From: Owenia fusiformis | Taxonomy: Eukaryota | Direction of reading: 5' to 3' | NCBI GenBank assembly: GCA_903813345.2 | Contig: CAIIXF020000001.1 | Span: 30,628,001-30,692,000 of the forward strand | DNA: 64,000 bases | Notes under the pieces: model-generated | What the model saw: only the letters and a program-made list of their open reading frames with translations | Database searches by the model: none | Told to the model about the DNA's origin: nothing | Program-made: the position numbers and the translations under genes | Part shown: piece by piece, positions 39,501-50,781 of the stretch | Layout: every line of letters begins with the position of its first letter | How positions within the stretch are numbered: the stretch's first letter is position 1

Positions 39501-39657
39501 CAGAAGAAATGGCATGTTGCCATTGCAAAAAGATTACAACTGTGCCTACATCCTAGCTTACTGACTCGTCATGATCACAATTGTGTTGGGACTACATTTA
39601 TTTTTGAATACTACTTTTTTCTATTCAGCGGAAGTGACGTATTAGGGCATTTTTGCC
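36533..39657. repeat. A-B-A-B-A composite, 1330 bp period, about 2.35 apparently identical copies, 3 bp TSD
   Basis: A (465 bp) at 36533-36997, 37863-38327, 39193-39657, each bounded by GGCAAAACTGCCCTAAT / ATTAGGGCATTTTTGCC. B is 865 bp. TCA flanks both outer ends (36530-36532, 39658-39660). Identical ORF-track peptides recur at 1330 bp spacing. Confidence 0.92.
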
Positions 39658-40415
39658 TCAGGCACGACATGGAAATCTGAAATTATAGAGGGCGCATTTT
39701 CATTTTACACACGGCGAAATGAAACAAAGATTTCCCGGGAAATTTTGGACAATACTAGTATATTAAGGTACAGCTGGAAAGTAACATTTTGGTAAAAAAT
39801 TGCTACAGTGCTGATATATAATAATATAGGGTGCGTTTTCAAACTAAAAAGAGTGTTCCTACCAAAATGAATTTGCCTACATACCCCTGAAACTCTTATC
39901 TGATAGATAGAATGCACAAATAAACAAAAGTTTTGCAATTATAGGTAAAAAGTTCTCTTGAAATTTCGAAGTGATTTTACCTGTTAATTCTGTCCATGGT
40001 CGGCCATTTTTGCGGAAGTTACACTGAAACGCAAACTCCATGAAACGAAACGAAATCACTAGAAAAAAACATGGCACACATTGTGCGCATGTGCAGCAAA
40101 GTTTAGACCAATTAGATTATTTGATTATTTTGCGCACGTGAATTGTTTGCTTCCGAGCACTTACAAGCTTGCCACAACAAACAAACCTGGCAGAGACTAC
40201 CCTTAGCCTACTTCATTTTGGCGAAATTTCAGCTCAAACTCGTGAAAAATGCATTATGCATACGCTGGTGTGAAGCCTTGGAGACACTCATTTTGGTAAA
40301 TATGATTTATGGGGTATACTTTTCTGCAGTTTGTGGGAGTTTGGGACATTAAATGTTAAAATTCAAGAAAATATGCCAATTAAACGACTGATCAATTAAT
40401 ATATACCAGCACTGT

Positions 40416-40744
40416 ATACCTGCACATGTTATTTTCTGGTACAAAATAAAGTATGAAGGCATGTGTCAATTTCCTTGCTTTTTTCAGGAAAGTATCATTA
40501 CATTGTCTTCTTTTAGAATATCTGGTAGGGGTTCAATGGAAACTCCAGGAAATTCTGATATTTCACACTTTCTATTTTTCCAAATTTTCTTTCAAAGTTT
40601 CCAGACAACATAGGAGCTACCATTGACCTGTTTCTAGATATTCTATAAGTAAACAGTGTAAAGATACTTTCCTGAAAAAAGCAAGGAAATACACACACAA
40701 CTTCATACTTAATTTTGTACCAGAAAATAACATGTGCAGGTATA
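40416..40744. mobile_element. Palindromic MITE (related to about 30660-30900)
   Basis: TATACCTGCACATGTTATTTTCTGGTACAAAAT ... ATTTTGTACCAGAAAATAACATGTGCAGGTATA. Confidence 0.7.
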
Positions 40745-41581
40745 GCAATTTTTTACCAAAATGTTACTTTCCAGCTGAACCTTAATAGTCTATTGTACAT
40801 TGTACAACCACATTTGATCAGCACGATCACAAATCACATAGGGACCAATTAATATGATCTAAAACAATCAACCACGTACTGACTGTTAGCTTAGTAAAGA
40901 AAAAATATCAAGGATCAAGGTAAATCACTTATGATCAGGAACAATCACCTAAACCAGGGACAATCAACTAAGATTAGACCAATTGAGTACAATCACAGTA
41001 TCAAAACAAAATATTAAGAACCACAACCAAACAATTGCCCAGAAGAGTCAAGAAAAATTTAAAGTAATAAAAACAATCACTTAAGATTAAGAACAATCAC
41101 TTGTAAAATTGTTTAGGATCGACCCAATATCAAGATTAATCACTTAGAATTAAGAACACCAAGGGCTCAGAAGAAATTTTTGGATCGGGAAAAATCACTT
41201 AGTGTGCTGTTAATGGGTTCAATAATGTAACTTAAAAGTCCAATATAAGATGAGATATAATGCATTTTTATTTGAGACATAAATACTATAACTTGACAGA
41301 CATCTAGCAGCCCCTCGGCTATTGGCTAAAACACATCACGTGGTACAAAAGTAGGTCGAATTTGTGTAGTCCCGCCATATTTAGACAGACTTCCGGTACA
41401 AGTGCACTTGGATTTGCGCCCTCTATAATTTCAGATTTCCATGTCGTGCCTGAGATTTACCCGCGACCTTAACCAAATCCGTCTGGCCCAGTCATCTACT
41501 CCCGAAGTCGTACGACGTCAGGAGTAGATAACTGGACCATACTGGTTTGGTTAAGGTAAAGTATGAATCTTCAAGACTCTA

Positions 41582-41818
41582 CAGTTCGGGACATAAATAA
41601 ATGACAGGTGGATTTGCTGAAGTGAGAATTTCCCATGTTAAAAATAAGAGAATTTTCAAGAGGCCATACATCAGTGGATGAGATTATACAAAATGTGAAA
41701 TATATAAATTTTAAGGGATATGTATCTAGACAATATTGGAAATTATGGGCTTTCAGACGACCATAATTAGGAAATGGTGATCGAAAATCGACCTGTCATT
41801 TATTTTTGTCCCCAACTG
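41582..41818. mobile_element. Tc1/mariner-type MITE
   Basis: TA|CAGTTCGGGACATAAATAAATGACAGGT ... ACCTGTCATTTATTTTTGTCCCCAACTG|TA. Confidence 0.8.
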
Positions 41819-42604
41819 TAGGTATTTCTAAAATTAGTCCTGGGGCCGTGAATACGTACGATCCAAGAATTTATCCACCAGTACATCTCTGCTGATATTA
41901 TGCTAAGTTATTCAGCGGTTTCGAGATTTCCATAATACCTATGCTGTCAGGGGTATCGCAAAACCTTATTGATTGACAAGATCGCATGGACACGATGTGT
42001 GACTTCAGGCTGATTGACCAATCAAAACGTTATCAGGTTGACCTGCATAAACTAAGCAAACTACCCGTCTACGACTTGAAATTCAATGATCTGATCGAGT
42101 GTTTCTTTAGAGTTACAATATATTATGTAATTAAAATGTACATTGGAATGTAAGCAGTCATTAATATAAATTAAATCATGCGATTCAATGTTGATTTGAA
42201 ACTGAATTAGTGATGAAAATGCCTGAAGACCTGGTCAGGCCATGTAGTCGTTGATGTCTCTGATCTGATTCAGTGATTGAATCTCAGCCTAGATGTACGA
42301 TCACTTTGAATTCAGCGATCGTTTCAACATTTCCTGTTGTAATCTTCTCATCTCCGGGTATCCGATCAATGCTCCAGCATCCACTAAACTCTGATTGATA
42401 TTTATCTGATAAAATATTTGTATTTTCATGATGAATTCATGCAAGATTTGTTCGTGAAAAGTCCCAGTGAAAAGTGTACTTGCTTTTGACCGTGCATAAT
42501 AATGAGCTAACTTGTCAGGGCTGTTGTTGATTGGTCAAATTTTACCGACATAAACATTGGGTCGGTAAAGCATGTGGCTTGACTTGGGCAAGGCTAAGAG
42601 TGCT

Positions 42605-42980
42605 CGTACCAAAATGGATTTGCCTATATACCCTTGAGACTCTCACCTGATAGATAGTTACAATGAAACTCAAACCCCATGGAACGAAACAAAATCACTA
42701 CAAAAAAAAACAATCAGATTATTTGAATATTTTGCACACATGAATTATTTGCTTCTGAGCTCTTACCATTAAAAGCTAACCACAATAAACAAACCTGGCC
42801 GAGATTACCCTTACTTTATTTAAGCGAAATATGAGCTCAAACTCGTTACAAATGCATTATGCATATGAAGCCTTGGAGACTGGTAAATATGATTTACACT
42901 ACAGTATATACTTTTCTGCAGTTTGGGAGAGTTTGGGACATATAATGTTAAAATTCAAGAAAATATTCCAAATATACGAC
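42605..42980 (+). repeat. Diverged direct repeat of about 39860-40390
   Basis: Shared blocks ACCAAAATG.ATTTGCCTA.ATACCC..., AAACAAACCTGGC.GAGA.TACCC and TTTTCTGCAGTTTG.G.GAGTTTGGGACAT. Confidence 0.65.
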
Positions 42981-44133
42981 ACAGGATCTTGTAGCACGTT
43001 TATGATGACTGATATGGGGCTGCCTGATATGGGAGACTGATATGCTTTATATAGAGAAGGATTATAACGCCGACAAATTTCGAAAACTGGAATAAAAAAA
43101 AATATATGAATTATTGGTCAGAATTTTATAATTAGGGTCTCATTTTGAAAAAAAAATCTTTCTTCTGTAAGATAAATGTCACTGCCTAACATTTAGATAA
43201 ATTTAAATAAAAAAGTTTCTTTACTTTCTGATACCCATGCTAAGACCGTTAGGTGCTGTCCAACCAAAACTCACCTTTATAGCGATTTCTCCCCAAATCT
43301 TTCGCCAATTAATTTGTCCTTTACTCGTAGAATCCTTTACCCACTAGAGATTTGTAGGGATGCTGCGCTTATGCTGTTCAGCCTGTAAAAATATGTTATT
43401 TTGCTGTTTTAAAAATGAAATGTAATTTCGTGGATATTTTGGCAAATTCTAGCGGCCATCTTTGTGAATAATTATGACGTAAATTTTGAACCAATCAAAT
43501 TGCATAACCCAGGAGAAGAGCGAAATTCATAATATCTATTTATGATTTAAAATATATTTGGGCAGTAAAACATTAAAAAAAACAAAAGATAAATATATCT
43601 TTTGTTTATTAACTATTTACATAATTTTTAATAGCCCCTTTCTATATAGAATTATGAAAGGTCAGACGGGTCAAGTTTACTACGTCATTATTTCAAGATG
43701 GCGGCAGAGAATCGTATCAAACAGCCGTATTTTTAAAATTAGTATGCTTTTACACATTTTTGAACAATAATAGTACAATTGGAACAGCGTATACCATTGC
43801 GTATGTGTGTATTACAACTGGATCAAACCAGAGATCAATCGACGAAACATTGAGGGAGAAATCGATCGATAAGGTAAACTATGAAAAATATGTCTGTCCA
43901 GGACCTCATGGTCTGATGCTAAGGTAACAGATAAGACGAAAAAATCATATTTGCAGTGTGTCTACAAGTAATATAATGACATGTATGTTGCCGCTAAATA
44001 ATTTTTCTTAAAAATGAGACCCTTATTGTGGAATTCTGAACAATAGTTTTTTTTATTTTTCATTTACAGAACCCGGAAGTAGTGAAGTGTTATTACCCTT
44101 ATTATTATTATACTATAGGGCCTATCATAGTGC

Positions 44134-44560
44134 CAGGCCTGTCAACTGTCCCGCAATTTGCGTATTTGTCACGCATTTGCTGAAGAATTTGAAGTCACGC
44201 CAGTTTTTTTTGCGTGACAGAAAATGTCACGCAAAATACGCATTTTACCTGGTAATTGTCAAGCAAAAATATTTCTGTAGAAATTTTTTCGAAATATGTT
44301 TACGATACGGTAAAAATACGAACGCCGGAAAAAAACGAACGCAATTTGTTCGGATTTGTCACGCAAATCCCGTATGTGTCACGCATGTTCATTGGAAATT
44401 TTTCGTACCATTTCGTGGCAAAGGTGCTCAAACTTTGGCCAAAGGTGTTTAAAAGTTGGCCAAAGGTGTTCAAAATTTGGACAAAAGTGTTCAGATTTGG
44501 ACTTAGGTGTCCAACATTTTGAAGTCACTCATATTAGGTGGTCCCAAGTTGACAGCCCTG
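44134..44560. mobile_element. MITE with CAGGCCTGTCAAC TIR and 6 bp TSD
   Basis: CAGGCCTGTCAACT ... AGTTGACAGCCCTG with TAGTGC at 44128-44133 and 44561-44566. Confidence 0.85.
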
Positions 44561-45320
44561 TAGTGCTCATCTCATATCATAGTGCTACATGTCTCTGTGA
44601 TATACAACTTATCAATTATTTTTCATCACCATTGTATGTAGGTGGATTGAGATTTAGATAAAATTTATCCTTAAGTTTGTACGAATTCACCAAAGTTGGG
44701 ATAAATTCCAAGATTAATTTGCCAAAGTAATCTCACAATGATCGCTGTTGATTATGTTAAAGTTTGGATGGTGTAACTTAAATAGTTTTACCATAGTTTA
44801 AAATTGGCATGTTGAACTGAAATAACCACAAATATTTTAAAATAATATTTTATTTCAGACAAAAAAAAATGTGCAGTCTACAGAAAATCTCCCTTCTTGA
44901 GTCTATTGTAATATAAAGAATGCCTCTTAATGTTATCCACAGGATTCTTTTCTCAAGTGGGTGCAAAATTCTCATTTTTATAATCCAGCCCAAAACTGAC
45001 AAAATATGCCCATTATTCAAGACTTTTCTCATTTTCAAGTGGGTGCAAATGGATTTTCAGGTGGGTGCGAGCCTGTTTTCAAAATCTCAGGTGGATGCTT
45101 TGCCCACTTGCTTTAATGCTGGGGAGGTCATTGCCTCTCAATGTTATGCCAGAACCAAACTTCACAGAACTTCTGCAGATTATTGGAAAATGTCACTGTA
45201 CCTAATAATATATTAGGATATTTAAATAAATGATCATTAAAGTTGCCTTACATTTCCAATTTAGGCCTAAAGACTCTATCTTTTATTCTAGCTTTGGTGA
45301 CCTTGAATTCAAGTTCCAAC

Positions 45321-47341
45321 ATGAATACCAGGATAAGTTCTCTCGGCCTCCAGTGCTATCGCAGACTTAGTACAACAGCTGCAAGTATAACAGGTAAGAA
45401 ATGCTGTCTAGTAAGATTTAAAAAAGATTGCATTTAAATATATATGTAATTATTATAATATACATTGTAACTCTGTACTTCTCAACGGGGTGCTGAGTAC
45501 TAATTTTTAGGGTAAAATTATTAAATCATTGTATACACCAGGAAATTATATTCAGTATTTTTCTTATTAAAACATGTACAATATCCAAATTCCTTTTTTT
45601 GTTTTTGCCTTTAAAACATATTTATACATGTATTTCAGTTTTATATGTTGTCTCTAAATAATTAAAAACACTGTAAAAACGAGGAGAACTTGTACTTACA
45701 CGGGGCATATACATATAAGATACATGTATAAACAATATTGGGTGAACAGTATTTGAGTTATTGCCTGGATGGACTGAGCTATCTATCTATGGGATAACAA
45801 TAGACTAAAGTCTCATACTGGTTTACCAGTTTAGTTTCATTCACTCTTCTCTAGTATCACTGAACCGTTTTCTTTCAGAAAAACCAAACAAATAATCTGA
45901 TTGTTGCAGTCATATGCAGTGTATTTTATCGAGAATCTCACTAGTTCAATTCTATTTAGGTTCCTTGTGAACAATAGTTAATGCTTTTAAATAGGCTACT
46001 GTTGTGGTTGACTGCCTAGCATCATTTTTATGTCACCACCAAAAAGTGTAGACATATTGTTATTGTCTCCGTTTTTTTTGACGACGGTTGGTGGCTGGCG
46101 GTTGGTGATCGGCGTCTGTAACAAATTCTTACAACTTCCAATAATTTAACAAATACTGTATAGACTGACTTCAATTGTTTTCAAAATCATCTACATGTTT
46201 TCAGAAGTTCAAATCTGACTTTACATTTAAGATTTGACCTTCAATGACCTTTTCAAGGTAAAAAAGGTCAAAAAGGTATTTTTCAGCTTGCTTCAAATTG
46301 ACCTTTTTTCACAATCATCTATAAGGTATCAGAAGTTCAAATCTGATTTAAGATTTGAGATTTGACCTTCAATGACCTTCTTAAGGTCAAAAAGTTCTTT
46401 TTTCAACTTGCTTCAAATTGATCAATTTTTTTTCAAAATCATCTAAAAGATTTGACCTTCAATGACATTCTCAAGGTCAAAATAGATTTGACATTTCATG
46501 ACCTCATCAAGGTCAAAAGGGTCTTTTTTATCTTGCTTCAACTAGGTGGTGACATTTTGTCATGTTAATGCCTTGTACCTTATACATGAAAATGATTATA
46601 ATGTAAACTGTAATTTTTGGGATATTATAGTATCAGAGCTAGAGACTAGCCCTTGACTTATGTCCTTGACTCTTTTGATAAAATCTGATTTTCTCTTTTT
46701 CAGGAAAAACAAGATTCAATGGGAAACCACCACAAAGTTTGATAACAGCTTTGAATGCGGAAAAACAGAACAGAAAGGAATTGATTACACCAATAGCCCA
46801 ATTAGAAAGCAATCCAACATTATCATCATTATGTCTACAGCTCTCTATTTCTGGATCAACACAACCAAGTGCTCAAGATGTTACTGAGTATAGGCTGCCA
46901 TCTTTGAACAATGGGCTGTATAAACACACAATCCTGGATCAAACCACCCCCAAGAGCTATGACTTACCAATGGGTATGATACTCCCATTAGATAAGGAAA
47001 TGCCATGTATTGATACAAATAAGGAAATCAAGGATCCAACTGTGCATGATCGTCCCGTTATACGAAAAGAAGCACGTAGAATTCAAAAATTGCGACGTTG
47101 GAGAATGAACAGGCATCAACTTAAAAAACTGAGAAAGAGAATGAAATATGAATATCGTAAACAGAGAATATACAAGGCGAAAAAGAAGGAGGCAGCAATC
47201 CAGGCTGAGTTAGATGCTATTATGTTGGCTGCTAAAGAGTGGGATCCCCTGAAAGATGTTGTCAAACAAAATCTAGATTTTGCTAGAAGGGGAGGGTATA
47301 GTGTCAATGTTTGGGAAACTAGAAATAAAAAACAATCTTAA
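45321..47341 (+). CDS. AURKAIP1: Mitochondrial small-subunit protein mS38 / Aurora kinase A-interacting protein 1-like, 236 aa
   Basis: Exons 45321-45393 and 46704-47341 (phase-1 GT-AG intron). R/S/T-rich presequence-like N-terminus MNTRISSLGLQCYRRLSTTAAS. Basic motif ARRIQKLRRWRMNRHQLKKLRKRMKY is characteristic of mS38/Cox24 (DUF1713). Confidence 0.85.
46025..46577. mobile_element. HINE-like element with TGACCTT subrepeats; related fragments at about 19870-19970 and 50858-50980
   Basis: Subterminal IR TGTCACCACC (46031) / GGTGGTGACA (about 46545). The end GACATTTT..ATGTTAATGCCTTGT is shared with the other two fragments. Confidence 0.55.
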
Positions 47342-49549
47342 TGCTTTTCATATGGCATGTTCTAGATTATCTAATAATTAAAGATTACACTTGACTCTGG
47401 ATACTTAGGTACTAGATCTAGTAGTGATCATGTGTGATGGGAAAATCTAAATAAAATGATAGAATCAAAATTCAGTTTTGAATGTTTTATTTACTCTGGG
47501 AAAATCTAAATAAAATGATGATGTTCAGTTGATTTTCCACAATGTAGGTTATCAAAAATATATGTATTATCATTTGAAACAATTCTTTGTCTTCTGTTAT
47601 GAGAAGGTTAACTCTTAGGTGATAAGGCAATTCCATGTGACCTATCACTTCAGATGCGAGGGGAGCCTGACATTAACATTGATTATACAAAGTTATCCCA
47701 GTGTTTCTTAAAAGATGGCAGCATTTAATTGTAAAATTTGTTTTGAGGTGGTGTTCAAATATCAACAGTCGTGAAAATACTAAGCTAAGTTTGTTATGGT
47801 TTACCCCCTCCCCTCGTCTAATAAAATTTAAAATGTTGATTTGTCTTTTACTTGAATATTAAAAAAATCAACACTATTTGCTGACAAAACCATCATTTAC
47901 CCCCTCCCCTAGTGGATTTAACTTCATTGTTCCACAACTGTTGATAATTGGACATCATCCCTAAAGGGAAAGCAACTGAAGCACCTGCTTTGACTGCCTC
48001 TATCAATGCAAACTTTTGAAAAATGGTACACTTTTGATTTTATAATATGAAATATGTGTAATGAGTGCATACTTAGATACAGATTTCCCATGAAATTACA
48101 AAGGGGCTCACCAATTTTAGAATGAATATTTATATTCTTGTTAGAAGACGTTTTATGAAACCATGCCAAAAAAATTAATCAACAAAATAGTTTATTGCTT
48201 TTAGCTATATTTCTGCAGGGGTGACTTCAAAATCATTGATTTTAGATTTCTTAGATTTAAAATCAATTCAAACTCCAAAGAAGTGAAACCAAAATCCAAG
48301 GCAGATATACAATATAATGCAAATGACGACAATAACAGTCCCTGATACATATATGTTAACTTTTACTTAAACTATTTTTGCTCTGATATTTAACTCTACG
48401 AAGGAATGTATTTGAAATGCATTTAAACATACATTTGAAAGTGAAACACTAGAGGTCCATGAATTTCACAGCATATGCACAATTTTAGCTTCTTCACTTA
48501 ACCCATTTGATGCTTCCACTTTACAATCATTTGCTGGCGATCTCTGCACGGTGGTTGTTTTTTAATATTTGAAAATCACCCTCATGGTCTTACCTAACGT
48601 TTCCCATATAAAAGCAATATGAAGGCTCCAAACAAGTCTACTGGATCATTCTATTTTTAAGAAATTAGGGGAATTTGGTAAATTCCAATTAACTGAAACG
48701 GTCTTCCAGAAGATTAAACAATCTGTCACAAAGTTTTACAATCTGTAAACATTGAGAGGGTGAATTATCCAAAAGATTCATGAGCCAATATTCCTACTAT
48801 TCATAACAACAGATGTTACTTTAGTATATCAATGCAAGTTTTATTTTGATAACTGTGAACGTGCACAAAATACACTAATTTTAAACTATTTTTTTGTACT
48901 ATTTGTATTTGTTATATTTTTTTTTGTATTTCAAAAAGTTTAGAAATGCAGTAAATGGCATTTCAATTCTAAAATTTTCACAGGGGTATGCTCTCGGCCT
49001 AATCCCAGTACAGTTGGCATTCTGATAATCAATACATCTTTCTGTTTTTGAACTAGAAATCATGGGCTCTTCTATAAGTACCTTTCAAGGAAACCATGAG
49101 CTTGAATCTGCCTTCTATATAGCACATAGTTTTGTTGAAAATGTCATGGACTAGTTTAGAATTGCTAATGCTAATATCAAGTGATCATGAGTATCACAGT
49201 AGCATGGAGTTAGCTTTCATTAATCAGATCAGAACGCAAAATGTAACCAGCTAAATTGGAGAATATTTCAAGTTGAAAAACAGAAAGATTTGTCTATCAG
49301 AATGATAATACATTTATTTATGAGTGTGTATTGATAAAATGATATCAAGACTACTAATATCATGAAGAAAGGCTAAACTAAATAAATTCTTTTCAATATT
49401 AGAAGTCATAATCTTTCCAATGGTATTCAGTTTTCAACTTTTTAACAACACATTCTAATTACATGTCAATAAAATATAAAATTCAAGTTAAAATACTGCA
49501 TGCTTTAAGTTAGTTAATCATAGACAAAGTTAAAGTACAAAATTTTATC

Positions 49550-49827
49550 GGTTAATATAAAACATGGCACGCTACCATGGCATGGCATACCCTATGGAAT
49601 AGGCTATGACGCCCCTTTGCCATAGTCTCTAGGACACTATTTCAAGTCAAATCCTTGCAGATATATATGCCTCGTTTGAGTACAAGTTCTGCTCAAAAGC
49701 CACTTTTCAAAATGACCACCGGTTTTGAAATGACTACCATTTAACTGTCAATTTAACTGTATTTTAGACACAACATAGCCTATGGAATAGGGTATGCCAT
49801 GGCACCGCGCCATATTTTGTACTAACC
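49550..49827. mobile_element. Palindromic MITE
   Basis: GGTTAATATAAAACATGGCACG...GGCATACCCTAT...GGCTATG is inverted against CATAGCC...ATAGGGTATGCC...CGCGCCATATTTTGTACTAACC. Confidence 0.6.
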
Positions 49828-50781
49828 CCAATTTTAAATCTACTTGCACAAATCACTAAAATATCAGATACCACACCCACCATATAAAGTGTGTAGTTGT
49901 AATGAGGAGTTATTGATGATTCCTAGAATGCACCAGGACATCCTCCATCCCAGGTTTACAAAATCCATTCCTCCTTCAACTTCTTTAGAGGAATAAGGGT
50001 AAACAAGATAATCTGTATTTTGGAGCTTGCTACCCAAAATCAGAGGATGATACCAGGTAGACTTGTGTCCTTCAACAGCCAGAATGAAGCTCATACCTTG
50101 CAGCTTTTCATACCTTGCACCCATTTACAAAAGCATAAACTGAACCACTTGTGATGTCGCAAAACAAAAATTGCACTCACATAGCAAGTGGTTATTAGTT
50201 TCAGCTACATGTATATATTTCACCATGTAGATAAAGCTCTGATTCGCCTATCAGTAAAGCAACATTTTGTCTGTATTTTCAGAACTGATATGCTCTTTGA
50301 TTAGATCAGGTTCCTTGAAAAATGAATAATTTTCTGAGAACTATTTATACACTGGCAGGTACTAATGAATAATAGGCTTCTCTTTTGTAAATGAGTGTTT
50401 TCACTTGTTTTTCAGCGACTGTCTTTGGTCCCCCATTATTTAACAGACTAAAGGGTTGATGCATCGCAACATTATCCATGATTAAACTCTCGCATGTCAT
50501 CATTTCAAATATCACTATAAGCCTCCAATGTCATTTGTTACATGTCATTTGTTTTGAGCTTTTGGCACTGAAGAACACTGCAACACTGATTATCCTCATA
50601 GTTGTTCATTTAACTGTGTAGATGTGCTTACATTATACATGAAAGGTATCCATCTCAAGAGGTGTATTGGTTGAATTATGGATGAATCACAGCTGGGATA
50701 TTGCCATATCGTATGGATGTAAGGGGGTACCCTTCAGTCTTCATACATGCATCTGTGTGTGTGGGTGTCTTATGTGGTGGG

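Larger units (their letters stand above)
36515..41468. mobile_element. Mutator-like non-autonomous element (~55 bp TIR, 10 bp TSD), left TIR interrupted
   Basis: Left TIR = 36515-36532 plus 39661-39696 (GGTCGCGAGTAAATCTCA|GGCACGACATGGAAATCTGAAATTATAGAGGGCGC). Right TIR about 41416-41468. TSD TTAACCAAAT at 36505-36514 and 41469-41478. Confidence 0.8.

Noticed and set aside
36533..39657. Repeated 62 aa and 105 aa ORFs as a tandem gene array or CRISPR-like array
   Set aside because: Non-ATG starts, no domain features, and identical units with no unique spacers. They are by-products of the 1330 bp repeat.
40840..41200. AACAATCA-rich tract as a functional array
   Set aside because: Degenerate low-complexity minisatellite inside the Mutator-like element.
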